Shown: positions 24,575 to 37,112 of the stretch, piece after piece | How positions within the stretch are numbered: position 1 is the stretch's first letter | How the letters are laid out: each line of letters begins with the position of its first letter | Assembly: GCF_001447785.1 (NCBI RefSeq) | Contig: NW_015164182.1 | Coordinates: 295,525 to 359,524 of the forward strand | Length of the DNA stretch: 64,000 bases | From: Gekko japonicus | Taxonomy: Eukaryota | Direction of reading: 5' to 3' | The notes under the pieces: generated by a model | What the model was told of the DNA's origin: nothing | Seen by the model: the letters and a program-made list of their open reading frames with translations, nothing else | Database searches by the model: none | Made by a program: the position numbers and the translations under genes

Positions 24575-25444
24575 GTGAGTTCCTGAAATAGTGCAACAAG
24601 CAACCCCAGTTTTGTAGGTCTGTTGCTGTAGTTGTGGGTGTTGCATATGATCACTTCATGTGCAAATGTGTCCTCATTTGCTGATCTCTGGGATAGACAC
24701 ATTCCACATTTATGTAGTGCAGGTGTGAATGTGTGGAAATCCATGCAGCCCTGACAGCAGGGATTGTTTTCTGTTGTGGATTTTGGTGACTCTTTGAGTT
24801 ACATGATGGGAGGTGTTTCAAGGGAGACCCTTCCCAAGCAGCTCTCATTTTCAGGGTCAGTGCAGCTACCCCAACCCCTGTGCTGAGGGTTGACCTCCTC
24901 CGGAGTGCCCTTGGCCCCCCCCCCCACCCCTGCCATAGCATCACCACTGCTTGCCTTTCTGTCCTTTGGAGGCATGGCTGGGGCCAGGGAGTTCAGGGCA
25001 GCAGCCAAAGTAATCAGCGGTCAGGTAATGTCTGTCTCCCCCCCCCCACACACACACAGCCTTGCTACTGATGCCCCGCACTCAGCCGTCAGGAGCAGGT
25101 TGGGCAGCAAAAACTGTCCTGAAAAGGGCCCCAGGCCTGTCCCTTCTGATGGAGGTGGAAAGGAGGAGCAGGCGCCTGTGGGGCTGGAGCTGCTGTGGCT
25201 GCTCGTGACCTCCCGTCCTTTCAGGGTTGTGGCAGCAGCTGCTCTTGCATGCTCAGTGCAGAGGCAGCTGCCCGCACCTGGCTGCAGCTACTTGTGCTTC
25301 CCGGTGCGGCTGCGTGCTTGCACTCCAGCACTCAGGCAGCTGCACGATTACAGCTGTGGTAGTGATGACCACCTCTCCCTGGGTGAGGGCCACTCCTTGC
25401 TGGGGGGCGGGGTGCACCTGGCAGGGGGTGGGGATGGTCCCGGG

Positions 25445-25649
25445 CAGTGTTCCCTCTAAGCTGAGTTAGTGTGAGCTAGCTCACCGTTTTTTAGCCTCCG
25501 GCTCACACATTTTTGTCTTAGCTCAGGAAGGATGGCTCCAAAGCAACTAATTTATGCAGTAGCCAAATTGCTCACTCACAACTTTCATGCCAGTAGCTCA
25601 CAAAGTAGCATTTTTGCTCACAAGACTCCACAGCTTAGAGGGAACATTG
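25445..25649. mobile_element. hAT-type MITE (205 bp), same family as 15117-15322, opposite orientation
   Basis: TIRs cagtgttccctctaagctg and cagcttagagggaacattg. Perfect 8-bp TSD gtcccggg at 25437-25444 and 25650-25657. Confidence 0.9.
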
Positions 25650-25713
25650 GTCCCGGGGCTTCTGTTCAGGGCTTCAGAATCGCTTAGACACCCCCTGCTC
25701 CCATTTGTTTCAG

Positions 25714-25817
25714 GCTCCAGCACAGATGTCAGCGAGGACTGGGAAAAGGACTTTGACTTGGACATGACCGAGGAAGAGGTGCAGCTGGCACTCTCCAAGG
25801 TGGATATCTCTGAGGAG
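25714..25817 (+). CDS. BSDC1: BSDC1 exon 10 (GSSTDVSEDWEKDFDLDMTEEEVQLALSKVDISEE)
   Basis: cag|GC...GAG|gtcag, 104 nt. Confidence 0.95.
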
Positions 25818-26707
25818 GTCAGTGTTTGCAGCAGCCTGTGGCCTTTCCTGGCTAGTGAAGGCCCTCCAAAAGCTCCTGGTGGAGGAGGTGACTTTCTTTA
25901 TTCCACCTGGGAGAAGCCCCTGAATGCTTTTGGGATGCGGATATGCGTTTCTTCGCTGGCAAAAACTCTGAGTGCTATTTGAAATTTGCATGTTTTTTGT
26001 TGCCTGTGCTGAATGTGCTCTTCCTAGAATAGGGGATTCAATACAATTGGCTCCCTTTCTAGGCATCTCCTTTTTTTGTTCCTGACTGCCTAAGCCATAT
26101 TTACAAGTCCAGGGAAAAAACCATGTTGGCATTCATCCAGTAAGCATTCCAACCCCTTCTTCAATGGGCTGCATTGGCAGACATCGCTGGCAGTCCCTCT
26201 TCTGGTGGGAAAAGAGCCTTGGAGGCTGTAAATCACTTCAGACAAAAGAGAGTCATTCCCCTTGAAAGACTTTTACAAATAAAAAGATGGGATGTGGTGT
26301 GTGTGTTGAAATGTAGGTGTCTTGAAGTTGGTTCCCCTTCTCCATCCACTGGTGGTCAAATGAGTGTCATGCATCCCTCAGCTCAGTTTAATAAGCTTCC
26401 ACTGATTTATCGGGGAGGCTGAACTTGAAGTGGTGAAGCTGAAGATTAAGAGTGCTTCTGTTCTGAAGCTGTTTTGGTTCTCTTGTGTTACTGTCGTGAG
26501 GAACAGAAATGAAATTTAAATCTGCCGTTTTCTTCTTACCTTCAGTGGTAGTTTTCCTGTGCTGTATTTTAAGTTTTGTTGCACTTCCTTCAGTATCTCC
26601 ATGTGGTGATGTGTTGGTGATGTGCAATGAGATTTTACAGTTCACAGGCAGATGATTAGCTAATTTTAAAACTCTTTTAATTAGAAGGCTGTTGTCTTCC
26701 GTCTATA

Positions 26708-26860
26708 TTTGAGTCTAGGAGCACCTTAAAGACCAAAACAGTTCTCCAGAGTATAAGCTTTCAGGGTCAGATCTGGCAAAATGAAGTCTGAATCACAAAA
26801 GTTATATAAGAAAACTTTGTTGGTCTTTAAAGTACCATTGGACTTGAGTTTTTGTTTTGC
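26708..26860. repeat. Degenerate Penelope-type palindromic repeat
   Basis: gagtctaggagcaccttaaagaccaa ... ttggtctttaaagtaccattggacttg. Related to 20505-20683. Confidence 0.55.
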
Positions 26861-27141
26861 CCAATATACTAACACCACTATCCACCTGACAGTGCCCTTC
26901 TGTAATGTGGTTTTTGTTTTGAATATTTTCAAGAGAGTCACTTGTATTCAGGTTGATGTAATTAAACATGTATCAGTGGCATTTGATCATTTGACTTTTA
27001 ACTGACATATTACCATTTTTTTGGCTGTTTATAATCTACTTCAGCATTTTATGAAGCAGCTGTCAATGCTGAGGCAGTTTTGTCCTTCTTGGGCATCCTA
27101 TCTAACACCATACTCCTGTGCTTTCTCTCTCCCATCTATAG

Positions 27142-27174
27142 CTGGATGATGAAGAATGGGAAAACTGGGAGTAG
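27142..27174 (+). CDS. BSDC1: BSDC1 exon 11 (LDDEEWENWE*)
   Basis: Polypyrimidine tract, then tag|CTG GAT GAT GAA GAA TGG GAA AAC TGG GAG TAG. Matches the acidic EWEDWE-type C-terminus. Confidence 0.93.
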   Translation: MDDEEWENWE

Positions 27175-28315
27175 TAGCCGTTGCTCCCTGTGCCGTGCAT
27201 CCTGGGCTCGTCCCCTGCCCCACCCCCTCCTCTGCACCATCCAATGTGAATTAAATCACAAAGCAACTGGTCTCTCTTCCTGTGTAAATGTGTTCCAGGC
27301 TGGATGCATCTCATCTCTGCTAAAAAAACCCTGTTGGGGGATCTTGGACCACAGCACACTTGGATTCTGATGGTGGCTGGTATCGCATGAGGGGGTGCTG
27401 AAGAACATTGTTCTGGGGTGTGTGCATGTATAGAAAGTGGCACTAGGCACATCTTTCCAGTGGATCCTCTGGACTCAGTCTACTCTTGGAACTGCCCCAG
27501 TGTGGATTTTTAGTTTTTCTTTTTTCGGCTTGAGGTGGATGTCAAGTGATGGTGGGTTTGGGGGGGGGAATAGCTGGACGATAGGGTGGGGGAGAGTGTC
27601 CCTGAGTTTTATTGCACCTATAGGAGAAAGGATTGTTCTTGATCACTCACTCTATAGGCTGGCATTTTGCTGGCTGCATTCCCCTTTGTGTGACTTTACT
27701 GAAATGCAGCAATGGGTTTTCTTGGGGAGGACTTGTGGGTAAATCCCTTTTTCCCATTGTGACCCACAAACCAGTCATAAGGGAGGAGAACCTGTAGCAT
27801 GGCCACAGGCAGACTTTTCACCCCCCATGTGCTTCCCCACATAGCAGCTCAGTTTTCCCCCCAGGAACTGGAACACCTCCCTACCTCAGTTTCCCTCCCA
27901 TGTTTCTGGCCCGTTCTTTCTTCTCCCTTGCAGGACTTGAAGCACTTTTTAAACCTTGGGGAAAAAATTGCACAGAATCAGGAACCATCTCCTACGGAAG
28001 CCGCCGTGCAGTGACTGGGAGTTTGACAGGAGGCCTCCCCCTTGGGTGGTGCCTTCCATCTTTGGAGAGCCCTCTTGCTTACGTCATTAGCTCAGTTCCT
28101 CTTGGCTGGTTGCCCTGCTAGACTTGCATCAGTGGCATGGTCTGCTCTGAAGGGCTTGTGTTTGCCAAAACCTCTTGCTTTTCTTCTTTCCGTTGTGCTG
28201 ATGCCATTTGGTAGCATCCATGGATCCGTCCACCGGCGTCCATCTGAGGCCCCTCTGGAAGCCCTTCTTCGCCATGCTGAGCATCGCCTGTCCTCCACCC
28301 CTTCAGGGAACCTAT

Positions 28316-28353
28316 NNNNNNNNNNNNNNNNNNNNNNNNNNNNNNNNNNNNNN
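28316..28353. other. Assembly gap
   Basis: N run. Confidence 1.
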
Positions 28354-31227
28354 GTATCTTCTCTTTTTTGAGGGGAGAAAATGGTATGGGGAAGAAGAGT
28401 GCATCCCTCCTCCTCCTCCTCCTGCCTGTTGCAGCTAAGTCAAAGAGCTGTGGAAGAACTCACAGTATTGTTCAGACACTATTTTAATATGGGTCCAAAC
28501 TGGAGGTTTATCTCCTTGGGGTATGATCCTGTGCCAGCTCCAGTAAAATGGGAGCCGCATGAAAGAGCACATCATCTCCCAGTTCCATGTAGCAGCAGAA
28601 GAAAATGCACATCCTCCACCCCCCACCCTTCCACTGTGTTATAAGATGGCCTGGTTTTCATAACTCACAATGGGTTCATGCTCTACAGGCTTTGACCAAG
28701 CCTTCACATAATCAGAAGCCTCTGGGTGACTGCTACTGCTCTCAGGTCCAACAGCTGCTGCACCCGTCCTTGGCATTTGGCTGCTCATTGACTCAGTTGC
28801 TCACCCTCCCTCCAGCAATGTCTGACGCCCTCCTCCTCTCTGCTGTCATAAGAAGAAAGCTACTGTGGCTCTCGTTCTTGCTTTGAAAATTGGCCAGGCT
28901 CTGCTGGTGGAGTCAAGTGAGTGGGTGGCAGCACAGGTGGGTGGGGGAGGTCTGTGAGGAGGTTCTTCATGGGTGGCTGTAGCAGCTTTTGGAACCAGCA
29001 GCTGCTAAAGGCAGTGAGAGGCTTCTGGTCAGGTGGAGGCTCATTCATAGGCTCTTGTTTTGAAATAGTCCATGGAAACAAACCCATTTGGGAAAAACTG
29101 AATGCAGCAGTCAAGAGTTAAAAGCAGGTTAAGGGAAGAGGGACTGCCCTGCTTTTGAAGCACACTTGGCCACAGTGAACAGAGTAGGGTTTTTGCAGAA
29201 ACCAGACACTTACTCAGTGCTGTTTCATAGCAGCAGTTTGGATGGGGAATGTGAGACATGTTGTGGGTGCATCCCTTCCCCCCCCACTTTTGCAGAGCTG
29301 GAACAGCACTTAAAGAGGGATTGATGTCTGCAGCTCGCAAGCAGCATCTACAAAATGTTGCCAAGGAAGCTGCTCTTTGGCTGTGTCTTTGGGGCCCATC
29401 AAACTTCACAGTTTATTGGGGCAGGAGGAACAGATTACAAAGCCTACTGTGCTCTGTTTTTTCATCCCCTTGAAGACCGGGCCCTTTGAACCTGCTACAG
29501 TTGCAGGGCTACAGAATGTCTTGGCATTCAGGCTGCAAGTACACAAAGAACAGACTGTATCAAGCCTTACAGCTAGGATCGTGTCATGTGTTGTCTGCCT
29601 AGCAGAGCTACAGATCTGGACAGAAATGCTTGGGCCCTAGCGCAGCCTGCTTTTAAGAGATGGTGGAGCACGGTTTGGCAGCCTAAAGCTAAACTGAGTT
29701 CAGGAAGACTACTCCCATGGAAGGACCTGATGCCCGCTTGGGACTGAAAGAAAGTGCTGGGGCTTCAATTCCTTCATAATTCTCCTTTAGGGTCTTCCCT
29801 CCCCATCCCTTTTCTCTTGGTTGTGCAATGTTCTCTTATTTTTAAATTATACCACATCTCCCTGGGCCGTTTTCTAGCTGGGGCAAACAAGTGACTCGAA
29901 CAACTATTAGTTTTGTAATAATGACTTTCTCCTGAACCTTTTACAGACTGGCCGTTAAGAGCAATTAAAGGAGTTCTACAGAAATAGACTAGACAAATGA
30001 GTCTCTTTTTTTCTTCTTCTCCCCACCAGAATCTGTTGTGCAAATGTGTGTGTGTGTGGGGGTAGTCTGATGTTCTGGAATGCATGCTATGTGTCCTCAT
30101 CCTCTTGGAGATCTTGTGTGTGCACAGCTATGGGAAGGACAGAGGAGTCAGGCTGGGGATAGGGATTGGAAGGGAAGGCGTTTTTCTGTCCAGACAAGGC
30201 TCTTGTGGGGTTGGGACGAAAGGAGGAAGAAGATTGGGTGGTGTTGGGCCCACCAGGCTGCTTGAGGCATTTCTTGGGAAATATCGTCTTCCTCCAGCAG
30301 CTCCTCGCAGAATTCCCACTTTGGGTCTCAGTGAGCAAGAGGGAACATTGCCAGGAGTGAGTGATCCTCTGCTGTTGTTTGGGTCTCAGCTGCAGAGGAT
30401 CTGGGAGTTCTGGCACCTGCAGACCACTCCCATCCCTGGAAGGTGTGTTCTGCCTCTCTGGGAGACACTGCACCCACAGGGCTGAGGACATAAACTTTTG
30501 GGTTGCTTTCTGCACCGCCAGTTTTGCACATCCCTTTCCTCAGAGTGAGCTGCAGAGGCTGATAGGATGTGTGCTAAGTCAGCAGGCAGGGCTGGAGTTT
30601 GGTAGGTCTAATGCTGTGCGTGCCTACTGGTCTGGATTGGATCTGTGGCATTTTTAGGTGCAGGGCTGAGGGAATGGGAGAGCCATTACTACTTGGAATG
30701 GACCATTATCAGTTTGCCTGATGGTAGAAGGGAATCTTCTTAGGGGCAAGTGATTGAAAGTAAGAGAATATTTTCTGTTCCAGCAGCAAGACCTGCCGTG
30801 TAATCCTCCCTGCAAAGATGCCTGTAAAGGAAAGTCGTGGAGGGACAACAAGTCACACCCTTGTTGTTCACTGTACTCTCCCGTTTAATTTTGTGTTGTT
30901 GTTCTTTAGATGCAGCCTTGGAAAGAGGGTTTGGTTGTGTGTGCCTTTGGCAGTTTAGCAAGGTTGCAGAGGAATACTCTCTGCTCTCCATTTGGTGGCC
31001 CTAGGTTCAGTTTCCAGCCACCTGGGCCTCTCTGTAGGCCGGTGCTATTACAGCAAGTGAGTCTAATCCCTGCTTTGAGGGGAAATGGTGAGATTATTTG
31101 TCAATCTATGTTTTCCCCCCCTCTCCCTGCCCCCTTTCCCAGACATGAATGAAGGGGTAAGGATAGACTACAAAACTGAGCATAACGTTAAAATATATGT
31201 GAGCGTTTTGGAAATGGCCTGTCCCCT

Positions 31228-31233
31228 TTTATT
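31228..31233 (-). terminator. TSSK3: Candidate TSSK3 polyadenylation signal AATAAA
   Basis: tttatt on the + strand, 30 nt beyond the TSSK3 stop. Confidence 0.6.
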
Positions 31234-31262
31234 TGGGGAGAGTTGTGGACATGGTCCTCTTC

Positions 31263-31924
31263 TCAGGGGTTTGCTAACCATGGGTGCCAAGTTACTTCTT
31301 CGATGGAAGGTCTCAAGATCATGTCTGGTTCCAGCAGGCTTTTGAGAAGGTCCTGGCATTCCTCGGAAATCCCCAAGTGGCCAGGGATGGAAACCCCCTT
31401 CTGCTGGTGGCAAAGCATCTTGGGTATGTCCGTGTCATCAAAAGGCAGGTTGGCACAGAGCATGACATAGAGAACCACCCCCATGCTCCAAATGTCGCCT
31501 TTTCTGCTATCATGGGGCACACCCTGTAACACCTCGGGGGCGGCATAGGCAGTGCTGCCACAAAATGTCTGGCTCAGCTCCTTGCGGTTCTTGGGGAGCA
31601 GCTTGGCAAATCCAAAGTCAGTCAGTTTCAGGTTGAAGCCCTGTAAGAGGGCATTCTCACACTTCAGGTCACGGTGCGCCACACCACAGCTGTGGCAGTA
31701 GCGGATTGCCTCTACTAGCTGACAGAAGAGGGCTTTTGCTCGGCTCTCAGGCAAGGGCCCACCTTGCAGGACACAGTCGAAGACGTCACCATCTTCTGCC
31801 AGCTCCATCACCAGGTAGATTTTTCCTTCAGTTGACTCCAGCATCTCATACACACGGATGATGTTCTTGTGATCCAAGCGCTTGACAATCTGGAGCTCCC
31901 TGGGAAGGAACCTCTCAATAAACT
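31263..31924 (-). CDS. TSSK3: TSSK3 exon 2 (testis-specific Ser/Thr kinase 3; full CDS 807 nt, 268 aa)
   Basis: ttcccag|AG TTT ATT GAG acceptor. HRDLKCEN, DFG, TFCGSTAYAAPE motifs. TGA at 31265-31263. Confidence 0.96.
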
Positions 31925-31978
31925 CTGGGAAGGAAAATGGCAAAGGAACAATTTTATTATTACAAAAAAAAATTAAGA

Positions 31979-32255
31979 CGAAGAGAAGAGATTGGATTTA
32001 GATCCCGCCCTTCACTACCCAAAGGTGTCTCAGAGCGGCTTACAAACCCCTTTCACTTCCCCTCCCCACAACAGACACCCTGTGAGGTAGGTGGGGCTGA
32101 GAGAGCTCTGACAGAACCTGCTCTTTTTCAAGAACAACTGTTATCAAAGCTACAGCTTGCCCAAGGCCATCCAGCCAAGTTCAAGTGGAGGAGTGGGGAA
32201 TCAAACCCGGTTCTCCCAGATTAGAGCCCACGCACTTAACCACTACACCAAACTG
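31979..32255 (-). mobile_element. tRNA-derived SINE (family also at 49426-49712, 53671-53945, 55853-56010)
   Basis: Minus strand begins cagtttggtgtagtggttaag (A box) then gggtttgattcccc (B box). TCT-rich tail. Near-identical copies in the window. Confidence 0.8.
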
Positions 32256-33607
32256 AACAGTTGACCAAGGTGCATCAGTGGATGGTCAGGTGGCTGCAGG
32301 ATGACCTAGTCCCACCTTGTATTTCTGGAGCAATCATGATTCTTGGGAGATGCTCTAACCGTGGCATCTTGGGAAATTTCATGACTTGTGAATAGACACA
32401 TTCAGTTACCTGCTAAGTTGTGACTCACTTTACTACAAAGCTGTCTGTTCCAAGAGGAGCTGCATGGTTTCTACTTTTGTGTTCATGGTTTTGGTGGTGG
32501 AAAGTGCTGTCTGACCCCATAGGGTTTTCAGGGCAAGAGAAAAAGAGGTGGTTTGCCATTGCCTGACTCTGTATAGCAACCTTGGACTTCCCAGTCATTC
32601 AGAATGGAATATGAAAGGGTTAGAAGTGCTATGTAGTAATGCAGTGCTGGAGAAGTCCACCCTTTGATATAACATTGGGTGGGGCCTTCATACACCTGAT
32701 GCACAGGTGCCTATCTTATGGCCCTGCCTCTCGTAGGGGCTGCCATGTTGTTTTGTAATGGCATTGCATATGTGTATGGCTTTGCAGACTCCAGAAAAAA
32801 TGGGAGTTGCAGTAGCAGGTGCAAATGATGGAGAGAGGGGTGGAGGGAGAAGATGGCAGTGGCAAAGATAAGCAAAAGCTCAGTGACCTGATTATTATAT
32901 AGAGAGGGATGTATAAGCCTTTCCTGGGCTTAAGGGGGCTAACACCATGAGTCAAGTACACCTCCAATAGGAACAAATAAGTTCCAATAACTAAGCTTAA
33001 AGCTACATGCAAAACTTGCTTTCAATATTCCAATGAAGATTTCATCATTCTTCCCTTCCCCTCTAGCACCCTCTATTTAAAGAGCAGTGTAGAGAGGAAG
33101 GTTTATACACCCTTCATGAAAGCTCCGTAGAGTGTTTTCTTTCCTTGCCTCTTGTGATGCCATGAGAACCTTGCTGTCATAGACCTACTTTGATGGCAAG
33201 AGGGGAACCATCAGCAAAGATTGTTGGCTAGACTTCAACAGAAGATTCTAGGTACTCAGGAGATCTGAAGTGACTCCAGACCTTCCTGATGAGGAGCAAT
33301 CTGGCAGGCAGAAACACTGGCTGTTTGAACCTAGAAGCACTGAAGCTGAGACTCGGGGAGCAATCCTAAACAAGTCTACATCCAAGTCCCATTTTATTCA
33401 GTGGAGTGTACTCCAAGGCAAGTGTTATGATTGCAGCTTTAAGTTCAATATGGTGAATCTAACCAACCTCCGTAGTATAATCTGAATAGATGCTGTCTTC
33501 AAGAGGAGGAATATATGCAGGAAGCTGTCAAATAATTACAAAGTCATTGATGAGTCCACCTTTCAATCTCTTAAGCTTGTCATGTGCCATAAAAGAATAT
33601 ATATTTA

Positions 33608-35192
33608 GGCTTCCGGTTTGGTCTCCACGAATGGTGGATGCAACCTCGGGGCGCTCCCGAGGGCGTCTTCGCCTGCCCGCGGCCGAGGGGGGGATCCGCG
33701 CAAGCGGAGACCCGGACAAGCCCCAGAAGGGGCTCCGACTCGGGGCGCGCGAGGGGAAAAGCCTCTTTCTCGACCGGAAGGTCGGAAATTGAGGCTCCCC
33801 TCATGCCCTAATGAACCTCGCCGCGTTCGAGGGGAAGACCCCCCCCAGCGAAAGAGGAGGAGGGATTCCTGTACTCCCGTTTAAAAAGAGACCTTAAAGA
33901 AGAAAGGGGGGGGAGAATGAAAGCTGAAAAGGGTGGTGTCATTCGGTGAGAGATTGTTGGAAAAGAAGTTATGATGATCTATCTTTTAATTGTGCTTTGC
34001 GAAATTTGCTTAATGTAAACAAAATAAATAAGATGTCGGAGCTGGAAAAAGAACTGCGCAACAAGAAGGGAGGAGCTCCCGGTCTGAACGATAGCTTCCT
34101 CTGGGAAATCTGTTATAAGCTTTGAGCTGCGAGTAACGAGGAAAATGCCTTTAAAGCGGAGGTGTGGATAAGGGATCCGGCTACAAGAACGACAGCGTTT
34201 AATTTAAAGTCGAAAGACATAAAAAGAGAAAAAATCGTTCTAAGAGCTTGGGACTTTATCGGAAAGGCGTGTTGAAAAGCGGCAGTTGCAGGCTGTGAGC
34301 GGCAAGCAAAAACCCGGAAGAGAAGCTAAAAAGCTGGAGAAGATAATGAGGAGGAGGACCCTTCCTGTCTTTTCGGAGGAGAAACCAACCTGAGAATAGA
34401 AGAATCAGCTCGCAAGGCGTTTGAAAAGTTTTTATTAACAGCAAAAAAGTGGGACACTACTAATCTTTTAACAATTTTTTATAACTGAGGAGATGAAAGA
34501 CGATTGACAACACAATGAAGCCAAAGAAGAATTTTTTTTGATTATTACTAACAGATTAACATACTAATGAAAGTATCACTCGACCTTTTCTTTATCCCTC
34601 TATATACCCTCCCCCCTTTCTAATATGAAAAGCAATAAAATTCTCTCCTTTTTAGGAGAGTTTATATTAAAAAAAACCAAACATCATCCAAACCAGCCCA
34701 GGCTAAATACCTTTCACCAAGAGGGCAGTAAACACAAATGGCAAAATATTGAGGTACACCTGCACACACCTAAAACTAATAGGCTGCCACCAATCTTTCG
34801 TTCCCTCCCTCCAGCCAGAAGCCAACGGATAAACTCCTGGCCTTCCTTGGATTAACTAGGAATTCCACAAAAGCTAAGTAAAGTAGCAGGTGGTCTGCAA
34901 AGTTAGGCAATAGATTAAAATTGCAGACTGTGGAGACAAATGACTAGAATTAATATTTAGAATATATTTTCATTAAGGTACAAGTAATATTTTACACAGG
35001 AACATTTACTGTGAGGATAAAATAATAAAACTAAAGATTTATAGGCTAACTAAATACTGTAAGACATTGGTTCATACATCACAAGATGTTACCCATTCTT
35101 AATTGCAAGTTCCAAAGCAACTCTCTCCAGAATCAGCAAAGCCAGTGCTGTTTGAAAATTCTCTCCTTTTAAGGAGAGTTTATATTATATAA
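33608..35192 (+). mobile_element. Composite non-autonomous L1-like insertion in the TSSK3 intron
   Basis: 17-bp TSD aaaagaatatatattta at 33591-33607 and 35193-35209. GC-rich 5' end. AATAAA with A-tail near 34634-34676. Second copy of the tail at 35155-35192. Confidence 0.75.
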
Positions 35193-35611
35193 AAAAGAAT
35201 ATATATTTAAATAAAAGCATGGCATCTGGGCAGTTTAAATCTGAACTATGGGCCCAGTAATATGTCTTTGAACTGCTAAAATTGGAGAGGTATAGCTCTG
35301 ATCCAAAGAGTGGAGAAATTCTATTAGGAGCCAAGCCTCGTCAGGTACAAAAGCTAAGAGTGCCCTTCAAATATCCATGAATTCTGGGTCAGCCTTGGCA
35401 GAAGCTGGTGCTAGCAATGCTTGGCATAGCTGTCCTGTAATGAGTTTTTAATTTGCAAGTGTGTATATTAACCTCCACCATGCAGGCAAGTGCTGCCGGC
35501 AAGTCTTTACCACAGAAAATTCTATCAATGATTCCTATGCAGTTGCGACTTTTCTCCCCCCCCTTCATATGCTTTGGTCATTTAAATGCTAATGCTAAGA
35601 AAGCCCCCATG

Positions 35612-35735
35612 CCAATTGTTCTAGGATTCCTTAAATATAGCGGCAGCCAATTGTCATTGGCAAAAAATTATCTGTGTTTAAGAGAGGAGTACATCCAATT
35701 GTTCTAGGATTCCTTAAATATAGCAGCAGCCAATT
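35612..35735. repeat. 83-bp tandem duplication; the second copy is split by the CR1 and resumes at 36831-36871
   Basis: ccaattgttctaggattccttaaatatagc starts at 35612 and 35695. gtcattggcaaaaaattatctgtgt recurs after the CR1. Confidence 0.85.
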
Positions 35736-36830
35736 ACATAAGAACATAAGAGACGCCAATGTTGGATCAGGCCAAAGGCCCATCCAGCCCAACACTCTGT
35801 ATTACACAGTGGCCAGAAATACGAGTGCCATCAGGAGGTCCACCGGTGGGGCTAGGACATTAGAAGCCCTCCCACTGTTGACTCCCCCCCAAGCACCAAG
35901 AAGACAGAGCATCACTTGCCCCAGAGCCCCTATCTATACCTTGTGGCTAATAGTCACTGATGGACGTCTGCTCCATATGCTTATCTAATTTCCTTTCGAA
36001 GCCGCCCATGCTTGTAGCCGCCACCATTTCCTGTGGCAGTGAATTCCATGTGTTAATCACTCTTTGGGTGAAGAAGTACTTCCTTTTATCCGTTCTAACC
36101 CGACCGCTCAGCAATTTCATGGAGTGCCCACGAATTCTTGTATTGTGAGAAAGGGAGAAAAGTACCTCTTTCTCTACCTGCTCTTTCCCATGCATAATCT
36201 TATAAACCTCAATCATGTCACCCCTCAGTCGTCGTTTCTCCAAGCTAAAGAGCCCTAAGCGCTTTAACCTTTCCTCATAGGGAAAGTATTCCAACCCTTT
36301 TATCATTCGAGTTGCCCTTTTCTGCACTTTTTCCAAAGCTATAATATCCTTTTTAAGGTGTGGTGACCAGAACTGCACACAGTATTCCAAATGAGGTCGC
36401 ACCATTGATTTATATAGGGGCATTATGATATTGGCTGATCTGTTTTCAATACCCTTCCTAATAATCCCCAGCATAGGGCCTTCTTTATTGCAGTCACACA
36501 CTGTCTTGACATTTTCAGTGAGTTATCTACTACAGCTCCAAGATCTCTCTCTTGATCAGTCTCTGCCAGTTCAGACCCCATCAATGTGTATTTATATTTA
36601 GGATTTCTGGCTCCAATGTGCATCACCTTGCACTTGGCCACATTGAACCCCATTTGCCATGTTGACGCCCACTCGCTCTTCCTTGACAGATCCCTTTGGA
36701 GTGCCTCACGATCCTCACTGGTTTTCACCACCCTGAACAACTTCGTATCATCCGCAAATTTAGCCACTTCACTGCTTACTCCCATCTCCAAACCATTAAT
36801 GAACAAGTTAAAAAAGCAGTGGACCAAGTA
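35736..36830 (-). mobile_element. CR1 LINE 3' portion
   Basis: ORFs 35947-36501 and 36423-36827 (KFADDTKL). Near-identical to 22412-23567. ccaatt TSD at 35730-35735 and 36831-36836. Confidence 0.92.
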
Positions 36831-37112
36831 CCAATTGTCATTGGCAAAAAATTATCTGTGTATGAGAGAGGAATGTGTGACTAAAAGATTATGTGAGAAG
36901 GCTGTAGAATCAACAAGCCCTGCAAAAGAAATTTCTCAGCAACCTGGAAGCAACTTATTGGATGGAAAAAACAGTCAAATCTAGTCAGGCATGTATATGC
37001 AGGTGCAATCCACCCTCTTTCCGGAAAGGGTTTCTTTTCAAGAACACTGTCTGCATTTATCAAAGATGACCTGCCTACTGAGCTTACCCGCAGCCCTTCT
37101 CTTTCAGCTTAC

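Noticed and set aside
31263-31943. Intronless kinase or retrocopy starting at 31943
   Set aside because: Lacks the Gly loop and catalytic Lys, which are supplied by exon 1 at 37257-37113.
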